Counted from the stretch's first letter, positions 15,319 to 25,881 are shown. The stretch: 25,957 bases of DNA from Candidatus Heimdallarchaeota archaeon (GCA_030668875.1 DAOVER010000041.1:1-25957); one strand, 5' to 3'. Program-made: numbers and translations. The notes: generated by a model from the sequence alone, not told the origin.

Positions 15319-16614
15319 TTATTTTGGTAATCCTTGCAAGGGGGAGAAGTAAACTATTTTTCCGTTTTCAACCATAACCTTACCATCCTTGATAACATGA
15401 CTGAAATTCTTGTAGTCTGTAATTCGATTGATATCTTCAATTGGGTTCTGATTGCAGATTAATAAATCAGCAAATTTTCCTTTTTCGATAGAACCTATCT
15501 TCTCGTCCATCCAGATAGCTTTAGCTCCTTCTATAGTAGCAGCTTGTAACGCTTGTGTTGGAGTCATTCCAACATCCTCAACCATCAATTTGACTTCATT
15601 TCCTGTATTTCCGTGATAATTTCCAGGAGTTCCAGCGTCAGTTCCAATGGCTATTTTTACACCTTTCTCAAAAGCTAATTTATGACTAATTTTCATCTGC
15701 TTATCTACTTCAATAGTTTTCTTCTGTACTTCTGGTGGCATGATCTTAATCAATGATGGGCTGACTAAGCTCATAGCAGCTGTTTGAGTAGGGATAAGAT
15801 ATGTTCCATGTTTAATCATAAGATTAACAGCTTCTTCATCCAAGAAACTACCGTGTTCAATAGTATCGATGCCAGCTTTGGTAGCTTTGATTATTCCTGC
15901 GTTCCCGTGAGCGTGACATGCTACATGCATATCATTTCTATGTGCTTCCTCTACAATAGCTTCTAATTCTTCTTTTGTCCACAAAGTGAAACTGACTTTA
16001 GATTCAATTCCATGCAAAACCCCTCCAGTTGTAGCTGTTTTAACGAATTGAGCTCCACGATATTTCAAATCCCTTACAGCATGTTTTACAGCATCGACTC
16101 CAGCTAAAACTTGTTCATTTTCTCTTTCAAAATTAATTATAGGATCTGGTGAAACAGCTTCTCCGCTACCCCACTGCCAAATACCTTTATCAGATGTCAC
16201 CAATCTGGGACCTGCTAGTACTCCTTGATTAAGAATCCTGCGCAAAGCTGGAGCTACTCCTGGATAGCAACCTGCGTCTCTTACGCACGTAAAACCAGTT
16301 TGTAGATGTTTTTGAACATTGTTTATTGCATGGTAGTGATACATGTCTGTTTTTGTTCTCAGAAGCTCTCTTTCATATTGAGGACTACCTGTTGCGTAAA
16401 TATGCACGTGACATTCAACCATTCCAGGCATGACCAACTTACCTGAAGCATCAATAATTTGATCGTCTTCCTCCTTCTCATAATCGTCAGATGACCCTAC
16501 CCAGTGAATCGTTCTATCTTTAATGACAATACTTGTATTAGGATGAACGGTTCCAGAAATAGAATCGAAAATATCACCTGACTTGATAACCAATCTATTT
16601 TCTTGTGCATTCAT
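15319..16614 (-). CDS. Metal-dependent amidohydrolase (prolidase/dipeptidase-like subgroup)
   Basis: PGMVECHVH, FVKTATTGG, ACHAHG, IEHG and GTDAG motifs; ATG 16614 lies about 25 nt after a TATA-like element. Confidence 0.92.
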   Translation of the reverse strand: MNAQENRLVIKSGDIFDSISGTVHPNTSIVIKDRTIHWVGSSDDYEKEEDDQIIDASGKLVMPGMVECHVHIYATGSPQYERELLRTKTDMYHYHAINNVQKHLQTGFTCVRDAGCYPGVAPALRRILNQGVLAGPRLVTSDKGIWQWGSGEAVSPDPIINFERENEQVLAGVDAVKHAVRDLKYRGAQFVKTATTGGVLHGIESKVSFTLWTKEELEAIVEEAHRNDMHVACHAHGNAGIIKATKAGIDTIEHGSFLDEEAVNLMIKHGTYLIPTQTAAMSLVSPSLIKIMPPEVQKKTIEVDKQMKISHKLAFEKGVKIAIGTDAGTPGNYHGNTGNEVKLMVEDVGMTPTQALQAATIEGAKAIWMDEKIGSIEKGKFADLLICNQNPIEDINRITDYKNFSHVIKDGKVMVENGKIVYFSPLQGLPK

Positions 16615-16646
16615 AATGAAGCGATGAATATACAATTTAAAAACTT

Positions 16647-16669
16647 TAGTGGGATGAAGTATCCCACTA
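16647..16669. promoter_or_regulatory. Inverted repeat TAGTGGGAT-N5-ATCCCACTA (operator or terminator hairpin)
   Basis: Perfect 9-bp arms, intergenic, just upstream of the amidohydrolase BRE/TATA. Confidence 0.5.
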
Positions 16670-16692
16670 TTGATGTTAAACGCCCAGATATT

Positions 16693-17364
16693 TCAAGGAG
16701 AAGAGGTAATATCTATCGAAGAGCTTTCTTTTCGCTTTTTAACCAAGTACCAAACCCATATAGCTAAGGAAGTTAATCCCATAAAGAGCATTATACTATC
16801 TTCATAAACACCAAATACAGGTATTTGAATAGCAATAGGAAATGGTATTGCCCAAACAAGCAATAGAATCATGCTTTTCCAATCTACTTCAGGTATGCAA
16901 GCTGTTGCATAAACTAGTGCTAAAGCTGTTGTAGGACACGGAAATGTTCCATAAAGGATCATCCTTGGGTAAACATGTCCTGCTATCAGCCCAAAAGCTG
17001 GATATAAAAATACAAGAAGCAAAGATACACACATGAAAATCAATCTGAACTTCCCCTCAGGAACCTTAAATTTCATTTTATTGAATTTTATGTCTAAAGC
17101 AAATAGTATTGCTAAACCTCCAAAGCATATTGCTTGAGCTATGTATGCTGGTAGCTCTCGACCTTTTATTATAAAAAACAATACAGCTATCAATGCGAAA
17201 CTAATACTAAAGTATAATTTCATTAAGATGTTCACTTTTTTGCCTGGCTTAATCAGAAACCAGAATGTCAATAGTGTTCCAACTGCCGCCCAAATAAATT
17301 GGAAAGGCATAATAGATTCATTATAACTTACTAATATATTCCACCAATCTTCAGTAGGTATCAT
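16693..17364 (-). CDS. DUF6064-like multi-pass membrane protein
   Basis: About 7 TM segments and the GTFPCPTTAL motif (PCPTT). Confidence 0.7.
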   Translation of the reverse strand: MIPTEDWWNILVSYNESIMPFQFIWAAVGTLLTFWFLIKPGKKVNILMKLYFSISFALIAVLFFIIKGRELPAYIAQAICFGGLAILFALDIKFNKMKFKVPEGKFRLIFMCVSLLLVFLYPAFGLIAGHVYPRMILYGTFPCPTTALALVYATACIPEVDWKSMILLLVWAIPFPIAIQIPVFGVYEDSIMLFMGLTSLAIWVWYLVKKRKESSSIDITSSP

Positions 17365-17440
17365 AATTTAACACCAAATTTAATAGGAACATCATCTTTG
17401 TTAAGGCAAGCAGTTTCTGCTTATGAAGTAAGTTTCCAGA

Positions 17441-17947
17441 TTGAAACCTACAAGGTTATGTGACGATGATATGATAGATGATTTCATTAATCCTGAACGC
17501 TTTCAAGAAATTTGGAAAGATATTCTAGAACTACTCAACAAAATACAATTTGCAGCAGAAAAAGGAATAGCTAACCATTGCGCGATTTTCAACGATTTAC
17601 CTGAACACGAGAAGATTGAACGTGAGCTAATGAAAAACATCTTTCAATTTCTTCAAAAGAAATGGGTTATTGAAATTGTTAATGTTTTAGCTTTTCATGA
17701 ACACTTGTATTTTAATGAAGTAAAGAATCATCTCGAAACTATAACTTCAAAGACACTTTCAGAGAGGCTGAAAGAACTTGTGGATAACAAGATAGCTAAC
17801 CGACAAGTGGAATCTTCTTCGGCTCCTGTAAGAGTTAGATATAGCCTTACCACTTATGGAAAAGGTTTACATCACACTCTTCTACCTTTTGCAATATATT
17901 TTTTTACTAACTCTCAGAAATTAGGGAACAAAAGTAAAAGAGAATAA
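17441..17947 (+). CDS. HxlR-family winged-helix transcription regulator
   Basis: KKWVIEI...YFNEVK...ITSKTLSERLKEL...PVRVRYSLTTYGKGL; divergent from the DUF6064 gene. Confidence 0.88.
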   Translation: MKPTRLCDDDMIDDFINPERFQEIWKDILELLNKIQFAAEKGIANHCAIFNDLPEHEKIERELMKNIFQFLQKKWVIEIVNVLAFHEHLYFNEVKNHLETITSKTLSERLKELVDNKIANRQVESSSAPVRVRYSLTTYGKGLHHTLLPFAIYFFTNSQKLGNKSKRE

Positions 17948-18060
17948 TTAGATCCTCCAAGATTGAATCATTTTTTTCTTTTTCTAAAAGTGAAAACACT
18001 GGTTAGCTTTACTTTAGATTTTTCAGAAATATTTTTAGCAGTTTGAACAAATGATTGTAT

Positions 18061-18513
18061 ATGGAAGATAAGGATAAAATACTTAGTAGTATAGAAAATC
18101 TAGAGAAAACAACTAAAATGTTTCTAGACTTACCTAATGACATGAAACTACCTAATGGGTGGGGAAAGAGAGAACTCGCAATTCATCTCTTTTCTTGGGA
18201 TAGTGAAATGGTTGAATATGCAGACCATTTAAGACGAGGGAATACTTTCGTTTGGGAGGAAATTCTTCCAGAAGAAGAAGATATCAATGAAGTGAATAAA
18301 GGATACTTTGTTGAGAACGAGGATCTTACTTTAGCAGAAGCTATTGAGGTTTTCACTGATACAAGACTGGAGTTAATTGCCACTTATGTAGATATAGTTA
18401 ATAATCACTTCCAAGATGAAAAGTCTTTCATGGATTATTTTGTCTTATGGATGCATGACGTACACCATTTAAAACAAGCTGGAGTTAATACAAAAGAACT
18501 TGAAGAGAAATAA
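18061..18513 (+). CDS. DinB/ClbS-DfsB-like four-helix-bundle protein
   Basis: W..RELAIHLFSWD and C-terminal HDVHHLKQ histidine motifs. Confidence 0.7.
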   Translation: MEDKDKILSSIENLEKTTKMFLDLPNDMKLPNGWGKRELAIHLFSWDSEMVEYADHLRRGNTFVWEEILPEEEDINEVNKGYFVENEDLTLAEAIEVFTDTRLELIATYVDIVNNHFQDEKSFMDYFVLWMHDVHHLKQAGVNTKELEEK

Positions 18514-18525
18514 GCTCTTCATTTT

Positions 18526-18912
18526 TCATACAGTTTGTGTTTTTGTCTGTCCTACAAGATATAAGATCCCACCAACTAGAACGAATATGCCTCCGGTACC
18601 ACCTGTTATGAAACCTATTACAATAAGAACAATAGCTAACCATACAATGTCCTTAATCCAAGGACCGGTTTTTACTTGTTTTTGTAACCAATCCCAAACT
18701 AAGAAAAGCACCAAAACCCCAAGGATTAGCATAATCAATCCATTAAGCCAGAAAATATCTGAAAATGCAAGAAAAGATACGCTTCCAACAACTCTTAACT
18801 CTCTTACACCTTGGCCAATCATCGTCAATATACCTTGAATAACAAGGATAAATCCTCCGATCAAGGTGTTGATATATCCGCAAGTAGAACCACAGATTTT
18901 AATATTTGACAT
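18526..18912 (-). CDS. Small 4-TM membrane protein
   Basis: Four Gly-rich hydrophobic segments. Confidence 0.65.
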   Translation of the reverse strand: MSNIKICGSTCGYINTLIGGFILVIQGILTMIGQGVRELRVVGSVSFLAFSDIFWLNGLIMLILGVLVLFLVWDWLQKQVKTGPWIKDIVWLAIVLIVIGFITGGTGGIFVLVGGILYLVGQTKTQTV

Positions 18913-19015
18913 AACAAACGAGATGAAATCTCAGTATATAAATGTAAAGTTCTCACATTTTAAATTCTCAGATGGTTTTTCTACTTGACTATTCTAATAA
19001 AAAATTATTGAATCA

Positions 19016-19888
19016 CTATGAAAGAACATATTCGTTGAATGGTTCAAAATTAAGATTAAATTTCTTATAATGGTCAATGAAACTTGTATCTGGAACTTGA
19101 TGCCAAAGTAATTCTAATCCTGCTTCATCAGCTTTCTGAACTAAAAATTCAAAATTATCAACAATCAGATTCTTCTTTTTGTTTTTAGAAAGACAAGAGA
19201 TTCTCAAAAAACCTTTCTCTGGTTGGTATGCCTTGTACAATAATCCACCAGCAACATCATCACCATCTTGCATCAAAGAACCAGCTACAACGAGGTCTTT
19301 AACTATTAAATCATCAACAATTTTCTCAACCTCATTTCTTGGGATACCTCTTGTTTTATGAATCATTTCTATAACTAGTTCTCTGTCTCTTTTGATATCA
19401 ACATTTTTTAGATTCTCAGATACATTGATATCTTTATCAGCAAAATCCTTTACAAGAATTAAAGCTCGATAAGCTAACAACTTTTTCTTACTGAATCCCC
19501 TTTTAGTTATTATCTCTTCCGCGTCTCCCCAAGCAGGCATAATATAAGCAAAGATAGTTTTTACTCCTTTTGTTTTAAGTGTCTCAATTGTTTTTTTCAT
19601 TAAAACTTCTTCTACTTCTTTATATCCTTCCTTAACAAATGGAATATGAATTGATCCAGTTTGTTCTCCATCGACAATACCTTCTACAGCACTACTCAGA
19701 AATGCCACAAGTTCATTTCCATCATAAACATAATGTCTAGTATCTGCAGTAAAGTTTTCTCTGGAGTAGATTTCTGTTAGGTCTTCTTTACTTGGGTACC
19801 AAGGTTTCCATTTCCATGAGTCAGTAACTTCATCGATGAACTTAACCTGATCATCAAGTCTAGATTTATCATAGATTTCGAATCTCAT
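19016..19888 (-). CDS. Probable tandem GNAT-fold N-acetyltransferase
   Basis: HYVYDGNELVAFL and EVEEVLMKKTIETLKTKGVKTI...RGF patterns; 290 aa suggests two GNAT lobes. Confidence 0.55.
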   Translation of the reverse strand: MRFEIYDKSRLDDQVKFIDEVTDSWKWKPWYPSKEDLTEIYSRENFTADTRHYVYDGNELVAFLSSAVEGIVDGEQTGSIHIPFVKEGYKEVEEVLMKKTIETLKTKGVKTIFAYIMPAWGDAEEIITKRGFSKKKLLAYRALILVKDFADKDINVSENLKNVDIKRDRELVIEMIHKTRGIPRNEVEKIVDDLIVKDLVVAGSLMQDGDDVAGGLLYKAYQPEKGFLRISCLSKNKKKNLIVDNFEFLVQKADEAGLELLWHQVPDTSFIDHYKKFNLNFEPFNEYVLS

Positions 19889-20057
19889 AGTAATATGTAC
19901 TTTTGTGAATTTCTTTATATTATTTTTGCTAATTGAATTCTAGTCTACTCTAGTATGTAACAAAGAAGGAAAAATTGAGTTTAGATCTGTCCTGAAGAAT
20001 TTCGTAAACAAAAATACTAGTAAGAAAAATAAATCAGCTTCAATCTTCAATTCTGTT

Positions 20058-20279
20058 CTACACCAATTTTTTTCGACAATTAAAACAGAATTCATCTTTG
20101 CTAGTATTTGTCGTACTACAGAAAGAGCAAACAACAGCTTCAGTTTGAATGACATTGGAAGGCTTGAAGCCAGACTTGATCTCATCTTCCGTGATATAGG
20201 AATAGTCAATTTTTTCAGTAAGTTTATCTAATTCTTTTTCCTTTTTCTTCTTATTTTTCTTGGAAGATTTCTTAGGCAT
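20058..20279 (-). CDS. Small basic protein with a C-terminal zinc ribbon
   Basis: Lys-rich N-terminus; CSFC-x10-CFNC motif. Confidence 0.65.
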   Translation of the reverse strand: MPKKSSKKNKKKKEKELDKLTEKIDYSYITEDEIKSGFKPSNVIQTEAVVCSFCSTTNTSKDEFCFNCRKKLV

Positions 20280-20355
20280 ACTAAATTAAAAATAGCATTA
20301 AACAATATAAACATCCCGAAATGAAAAAAAACAACAGCGCGATTATAATTGTATT

Positions 20356-20390
20356 ATCTTACCACACAAAAATATTTTACGTGGTAAGAT
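20356..20390. terminator. 35-bp imperfect palindrome (ATCTTACCAC...GTGGTAAGAT), candidate terminator or operator
   Basis: Perfect 10-bp arms with an inner AAAATATTTT palindrome; 65 nt downstream of the aminotransferase stop. Confidence 0.4.
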
Positions 20391-20454
20391 TTTCATCTAC
20401 TATTCGTTAACTGAGGAAAATCACAGTTAAGTTATTGAACTGTTTATTTAGAAT

Positions 20455-21624
20455 TTATCTAAAATAATCTTCCATTCGATCAAAACCCTTGTTGATTTCT
20501 TCTTTAGGAACACAAAATGACACTCTTAGATGACTTTCACCTGTAGGACCAAAAGCTATTCCGGGAGTTGTTGATACTTTTGCCTGTCGTAGCAATTTTT
20601 TACAGAAAGATGCTGAATCTCTTCCTTCTTCAATTATGATTCTAGGAAACATCAGATAAGATCCATTAGGTTTCACATACTGGAAAACAGAATCCAATCC
20701 ATCAAGCCTTTCACATAGGAGATCTCTTGCTGAAAGATAATGGTTTTTAAATTCTGTAACACAATTTTGAGGGCCCCTTAGAGCAGCTAGTGCAGCATAT
20801 TGTGAAACAACAGGAGCACAAATTGATAAGGGAATATGAGCTTTAGTGATACTAGGAAGTATCTCTTCATCAGCATGTAAATATCCTATTCTCCAACCAG
20901 TCATTGCATAGGTTTTTGTAAAAGTATATGTACTAACAACATTCTTAGACATCTCTGGTATTGAAGCTATACTGAAGTGCTTACTATTATCATAAACAAA
21001 ATACTCGTAAGCTTCATCAGTTATAACCATTAAATCATTGTTTAAAGCTACATCAGCTAATTGTTTGAGTTCTTTCTCTGTAAATGTCGTTCCAGTTGGA
21101 TTATTAGGAGAACAGAACATTATTGCTTTTGTTCGAGGAGTTATAGCTTTTTCAATTGCTTCAATATCTAATGCAAATCCTTCTTCTTCAATTAATGGAA
21201 CAAGAACAGGTTTTCCAGAAGAAATTATAACTTGTCTAATATGAGTGGAATATGTTGGTGTAGGTAATATTACTTCATCACCGGGATCAATCAAAGCTAA
21301 AACAGAACTAGCTAATCCCTCAATAGCACCAACAGTAACGATGATTTGGGAAGCATTTGCTTGGATATTATTGTCGCGTTTAAGCTTATTAGCGATTTCT
21401 TTCTTCAATTCTGGCAAACCAGAACTGGTAGAGTATCCACCAACAAGTCCTTCTTCAATTGCTTTAATTGCTCCTTCTTTAATATGATTTGGTGTGTCTG
21501 ATGTTGGTTTTGCCCAAGATAAAAAAGCCACATCTTCAATCTCTTTAGATAATCTAGTCATTTCATGAATAGCTGATTTTGGTATTTGTCGAACCCTTTT
21601 AGAAACATTAGTGTTTTCTTTCAT
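20455..21624 (-). CDS. Class I/II PLP-dependent aminotransferase (AspC-like)
   Basis: CSPNNPTG, ITDEAY, TFTKTYAMTGWRIGY (PLP lysine) and HLRVSF motifs. Confidence 0.93.
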   Translation of the reverse strand: MKENTNVSKRVRQIPKSAIHEMTRLSKEIEDVAFLSWAKPTSDTPNHIKEGAIKAIEEGLVGGYSTSSGLPELKKEIANKLKRDNNIQANASQIIVTVGAIEGLASSVLALIDPGDEVILPTPTYSTHIRQVIISSGKPVLVPLIEEEGFALDIEAIEKAITPRTKAIMFCSPNNPTGTTFTEKELKQLADVALNNDLMVITDEAYEYFVYDNSKHFSIASIPEMSKNVVSTYTFTKTYAMTGWRIGYLHADEEILPSITKAHIPLSICAPVVSQYAALAALRGPQNCVTEFKNHYLSARDLLCERLDGLDSVFQYVKPNGSYLMFPRIIIEEGRDSASFCKKLLRQAKVSTTPGIAFGPTGESHLRVSFCVPKEEINKGFDRMEDYFR

Positions 21625-21819
21625 TTTCTACTCTAACAACCAAGATAAATATGTCAAACTTAAAGATTTTGCAATCGCATCAAGTTTTATTAATTATATT
21701 CCAACATTATTTATAACAAATTTCATAGAAATTCAATTTGGAAAAATGAAGAAAGAAAATGACATTAATTAATAAGAAGTAGCTATTAATACATTAGAAA
21801 ATCACATTTTGATTTAGAT

Positions 21820-23442
21820 TCATTTTCTAAGAATTTTTCCTTCTAGAACTTCTTGTTGTTTTCCTTTCTTCACAGCAATACTTCCATTTACGATTACATA
21901 ATCTATTCCAGTCGATAATCTATGAGGTTCTTCATATGTTGCTTCATCCTTAACTGTCTCTGGATTGAATATTACTATATCTGCCCAGTAATTTTCTTTT
22001 ATTAGTCCTCGGTCATATAATTCCAGTTTCTTCGCTGGGAATCCAGTCATCTTCCAAATAGCTTCTTCCAGAGTCAACCATTTTTCATCTCTCACATATT
22101 TCCCTAACACTCTTGGAAATGTTCCATAAAACCTAGGATGTGGTTTACCAAAACTTAACGGTCCTTCAGGAGAAACACCCGAACCATCAGTACAGATCAT
22201 AGTGTATTCACTAGTCATGATCCTTTTGATGTCCTCTTCTCCCATACTTTCGATGGTGATCCAAACCTCACCCTTCTCATCAAGAATTAGACTAAAGAGA
22301 GTTTCATAATCATCCTTTAGATTACGGATTTTTGTTATTTCAGCAATGTTTTTTCCTTCAATATCTAACCATTTTTCTGTTTTTACTGAGGAGATGAAGA
22401 TATTTTCAAACCCTTGATGTTTTGCAAAGTTCTCGTGATCGGTTAATCCTTCTTCCAGCTCGTTTTTGATTTTTTCTCTAACCTTCTCATCACTCAATCT
22501 TTCAAGTATTGAATCTATCCCTCCCACGTGAACCCAAGGAGGGAGAATGGTGATAAGAGAGGTCATTCCTCTATTGTATGGATACTGATCACAAGTTATG
22601 TCTAATCCTCTTTGATTAGCTTCATGAATGATCTGTAATGTTTTCTTACTTAATCCCCAATTGGGTGTTCCAGAAGCTTTATGATGGGCAATTTGTCCAC
22701 TTTTACAACCTGATTCTTCAACAATTCGAATAAATTCTTCTACAGCTTCAACAACTTTCGCTCCCTCATCACGAATATGGGAGAAATATATTCTATCATA
22801 TTTTGCAACTATCTTAGCGAGTTCAATCACTTCAGCTGTTTTGGCATAAACTTGAGGGGAATAGATTAAACCTGTACTCATACCAAAAGCTCCAGCTTTT
22901 AGAGCTTCTTCAACGTAAGATTGCATATTGACTAACTCTTTATGGGTTGGTGGTCGGTCTTCATAACCTGATCCACCAGCAAGACGAATAGCACCAAAAC
23001 CTACAACAGGAACAATATTCATGGAACATTTTCCTTTCTCCAGTTCTTTCAAATAATCTTCAAAGCTCCTCCACGACAAATCCACTTCAACACCTGGAGG
23101 ACTCCACATGTCAACTTCTTTTTTGAAAAGGTCAAAAGTTTCGTCACTGATAGGTGCAAGGGAAGAGCCGCATTGTCCCACAGCAGCTGTTGTTATACCT
23201 TGTGTGATCATTGATTCTAGTTTGTTACTAACAGGAATGTTGCTGTCAGAATGACTGTGGATGTCAATAAATCCTGGAGCAATAACTAATCCTTTTGCGT
23301 CAATTACTAAGGTTGCATTATCAGAGATTTCTTTTTCAATTTTAGTTATTTTTCCTTCTTTAATCGCTAAATCTGATAAAAAGGCAGAATCACCTGTACC
23401 ATCAACTATCTTTCCATTGGTAATAACAATATCATAAACCAT
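21820..23442 (-). CDS. N-acyl-D-amino-acid deacylase (D-aminoacylase family amidohydrolase)
   Basis: PGFIDIHSHSD, SHIRDE, HHKASG, CTDG and PHPRFYGTFPRVLGKYVRD motifs. Confidence 0.92.
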   Translation of the reverse strand: MVYDIVITNGKIVDGTGDSAFLSDLAIKEGKITKIEKEISDNATLVIDAKGLVIAPGFIDIHSHSDSNIPVSNKLESMITQGITTAAVGQCGSSLAPISDETFDLFKKEVDMWSPPGVEVDLSWRSFEDYLKELEKGKCSMNIVPVVGFGAIRLAGGSGYEDRPPTHKELVNMQSYVEEALKAGAFGMSTGLIYSPQVYAKTAEVIELAKIVAKYDRIYFSHIRDEGAKVVEAVEEFIRIVEESGCKSGQIAHHKASGTPNWGLSKKTLQIIHEANQRGLDITCDQYPYNRGMTSLITILPPWVHVGGIDSILERLSDEKVREKIKNELEEGLTDHENFAKHQGFENIFISSVKTEKWLDIEGKNIAEITKIRNLKDDYETLFSLILDEKGEVWITIESMGEEDIKRIMTSEYTMICTDGSGVSPEGPLSFGKPHPRFYGTFPRVLGKYVRDEKWLTLEEAIWKMTGFPAKKLELYDRGLIKENYWADIVIFNPETVKDEATYEEPHRLSTGIDYVIVNGSIAVKKGKQQEVLEGKILRK

Positions 23443-23457
23443 TTCACTCGAATGAAT

Positions 23458-24195
23458 TCAAGTAACCTTGTTTATAACTGTTACTTCTTCCTTCGAGCGA
23501 CTTAATAATCGATAACCAAGAATTAACAGCCCTACATAAGGAGTTAGTAATATGATAATAATTAGAAATGGATTCTGGTTAAACAATGTTTTCAAACTAC
23601 TATCTCTTAATGTTCTATTATCATATTCAACATAAAGATCTTTAACAACAACAGCTTTGTAAGTGAGATTGGAGAATAGATAAAAGAGGATAAAGAAGAC
23701 AAGAATCAACATTAGTTGTGTAATTGGAATAAAAATAAGTCCAAAATACAGTGGAAAATAGAAAGGTATGAAAAAGACAAAGAAAATATATCCGATTATG
23801 AATCCTAATTCAATTATAATGAGCTCACATAATATGTATGAGAATACAAAGAAAGATCGGTTGAAAACACTATACCCCCTATAGAGGACCTTAATTAAGG
23901 CTGTTAGGAAGAATGTTAATCCCATGAGTAGAAAGAGAACACTAAGAAAGACGCACCATTTTGTTGAAGAGTAATGGGAAGGTAGAAATATTGCTGGGAA
24001 GAAAAGAAGTACTGATAGAGAAAGAAAGATCAAACTACCTATAAAAGCAGCAGCTACTATATTAGTTCTGTTTGTTTTGAAAAGGTCACCGTATTTTTCT
24101 CTGTTTTGTATATATTTTCTTTTAACATTTTCAAACATTATTTCAAAATCGCTTGGTATTGATACACAATAGAAATAATATCTTTGAAAAAGCAT
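23458..24195 (-). CDS. Hypothetical multi-pass membrane protein
   Basis: Five or more Phe/Leu-rich hydrophobic segments. Confidence 0.6.
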   Translation of the reverse strand: MLFQRYYFYCVSIPSDFEIMFENVKRKYIQNREKYGDLFKTNRTNIVAAAFIGSLIFLSLSVLLFFPAIFLPSHYSSTKWCVFLSVLFLLMGLTFFLTALIKVLYRGYSVFNRSFFVFSYILCELIIIELGFIIGYIFFVFFIPFYFPLYFGLIFIPITQLMLILVFFILFYLFSNLTYKAVVVKDLYVEYDNRTLRDSSLKTLFNQNPFLIIIILLTPYVGLLILGYRLLSRSKEEVTVINKVT

Positions 24196-24267
24196 GTAAA
24201 TTCAAATATTCAGTAGGAAAATCAGTTATTTATAGTTTTGTAAAAGATGAGAGAGAAAGGAGAAGGG

Positions 24268-25761
24268 TTATCTTCTTCTTCTCTTCTGTTGGTAAATTAT
24301 TGAGATGGATAATATGGTAGTAAGTACTAATACTGTTCTAGAGAAGGAAACTATTTCAGTTAATTTCGTCACAATCACAGATATTGTTCGCAGATTAAAA
24401 TTACCAAGTTGATTGTAAGCTTTTAGAGTAAAGTTGTGCGTTCCAATAGCCAAAAAATCAACATTATAGCTAATTGTTTCGTTATTTGTCCACTTATCGT
24501 ACCTCTGAAGAATATTTTCTTCATATATATAGTACATATCTGGATTATCATCAATCAGTCTCCAACTGATGTAATTGCCTGTACTACCTTCTTCATAAAA
24601 TAGTTCATTTTCGCATAGAATTGAAGGATAGTCGTAATCAATGGTGAAAACGTTTAGTTCACTAATCCATAATTTGTGATTATCATTTCCACTCGAACCC
24701 CAATGACTACCATCTTCATAAAAGAAGAAAACAATAACTTCGTCCAAACCTGGAATTGTTACATTGAACTCTATATACTGATTTTCGATAGTATTGTTAA
24801 TCTTGTTAGAATGAATGATTTCAAGTGTTCGTAGAATTCTATCCTTAGTTTCAGGGTTGAAAAACCTTATCTGCATTGAAGTCAAATAATTTGCATCACA
24901 AGTTGCGTAAGCATTGAATGAAATAGCTAATTGTTCATCAATTACAGGAACAGTAATGTAAGCACCTACAAAAGCTTCATTGGTACCAGAGCCCAATTCA
25001 CCTACATAGGCATGAGTGGAGTTAACAGAATGTTCAAAATCACCACCAATAATAGGTGTTAAGGGGGGACTTGGAGAGCTGAAAGAATCACGTGTAAAGG
25101 TCCCAAACGACCAATCATATATTGTAAGATCTGGAATGATAGAGACTTGAGACCGTAATGGTAACTCACCATCTGTATGAACCTGAAAATTTTTCACCCA
25201 GAGTGTTTGATCATAATCTACACTCCACCCATCATCTAAACGAAATTCAAGAAGGGCTTCAGTATATCCTGGGAGATAATAATCTACTCCAAAGTACTGA
25301 AAACCACTATCAAGAGAGTCATCTTTAAAATAGAGAATAACGGGAATGTTCATATTTTCTCTTGTGAAAGTAATAGGATCAGAAACAACGACAGCAGCGT
25401 TTTTGGCATCACTATAATCTGCCTTAGCTCTAAGTTCACCTGAAATAACAAGATGGTCGTTCGTAACTGGTACTATAGTGTAGACTGTTGAAACACAATC
25501 GAATGTATCCAATTCATGAAGATATATCATTGTTTCATCTACAGAATATTCAATAGAATCATCGTAAGTTGGTGAAGTAAAGTCGTATCTTTCATAAATA
25601 AAAGCATTCCAAGAAAAATCAGCAGGACCCAAAGAACCAAGGTGTGGTTGATTTTTAATTGGAACTGCAGAAGATACTCTATAAATATTAAATGATGAGG
25701 AATGACCTACCATAATCATTAAGAAAACTGTAATGATTAAGAGACAGCCTTTCCTTTTCAT
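24268..25761 (-). CDS. Secreted, C-terminally anchored surface protein: two beta-rich repeats plus one Ig-like domain
   Basis: Signal peptide from ATG 25761 (MKRKGCLLIITVFL); two internal repeats; YEEGSTGNYISW...D.NP...GTHNFTL Ig-like repeat; TM plus KRRRR tail. Confidence 0.82.
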   Translation of the reverse strand: MKRKGCLLIITVFLMIMVGHSSSFNIYRVSSAVPIKNQPHLGSLGPADFSWNAFIYERYDFTSPTYDDSIEYSVDETMIYLHELDTFDCVSTVYTIVPVTNDHLVISGELRAKADYSDAKNAAVVVSDPITFTRENMNIPVILYFKDDSLDSGFQYFGVDYYLPGYTEALLEFRLDDGWSVDYDQTLWVKNFQVHTDGELPLRSQVSIIPDLTIYDWSFGTFTRDSFSSPSPPLTPIIGGDFEHSVNSTHAYVGELGSGTNEAFVGAYITVPVIDEQLAISFNAYATCDANYLTSMQIRFFNPETKDRILRTLEIIHSNKINNTIENQYIEFNVTIPGLDEVIVFFFYEDGSHWGSSGNDNHKLWISELNVFTIDYDYPSILCENELFYEEGSTGNYISWRLIDDNPDMYYIYEENILQRYDKWTNNETISYNVDFLAIGTHNFTLKAYNQLGNFNLRTISVIVTKLTEIVSFSRTVLVLTTILSISIIYQQKRRRR

Positions 25762-25881
25762 AACAGCTTCCAAACAGATTTGGAAGTATTTAAGCATTAT
25801 CGCACAGAAAAATTTAGTGTTAACTAAACCCACCTTGGTAACAGTTTAAAAGAATGGGTTACGGAGGGTATGTGATTAAAC

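Noticed and set aside
17951-17967. Reverse-strand TTCAATCTTGGAGGATC resembling the array hairpin
   Set aside because: The right arm does not pair (GGATC rather than GTTGA) and there is no upstream T tract; likely chance.
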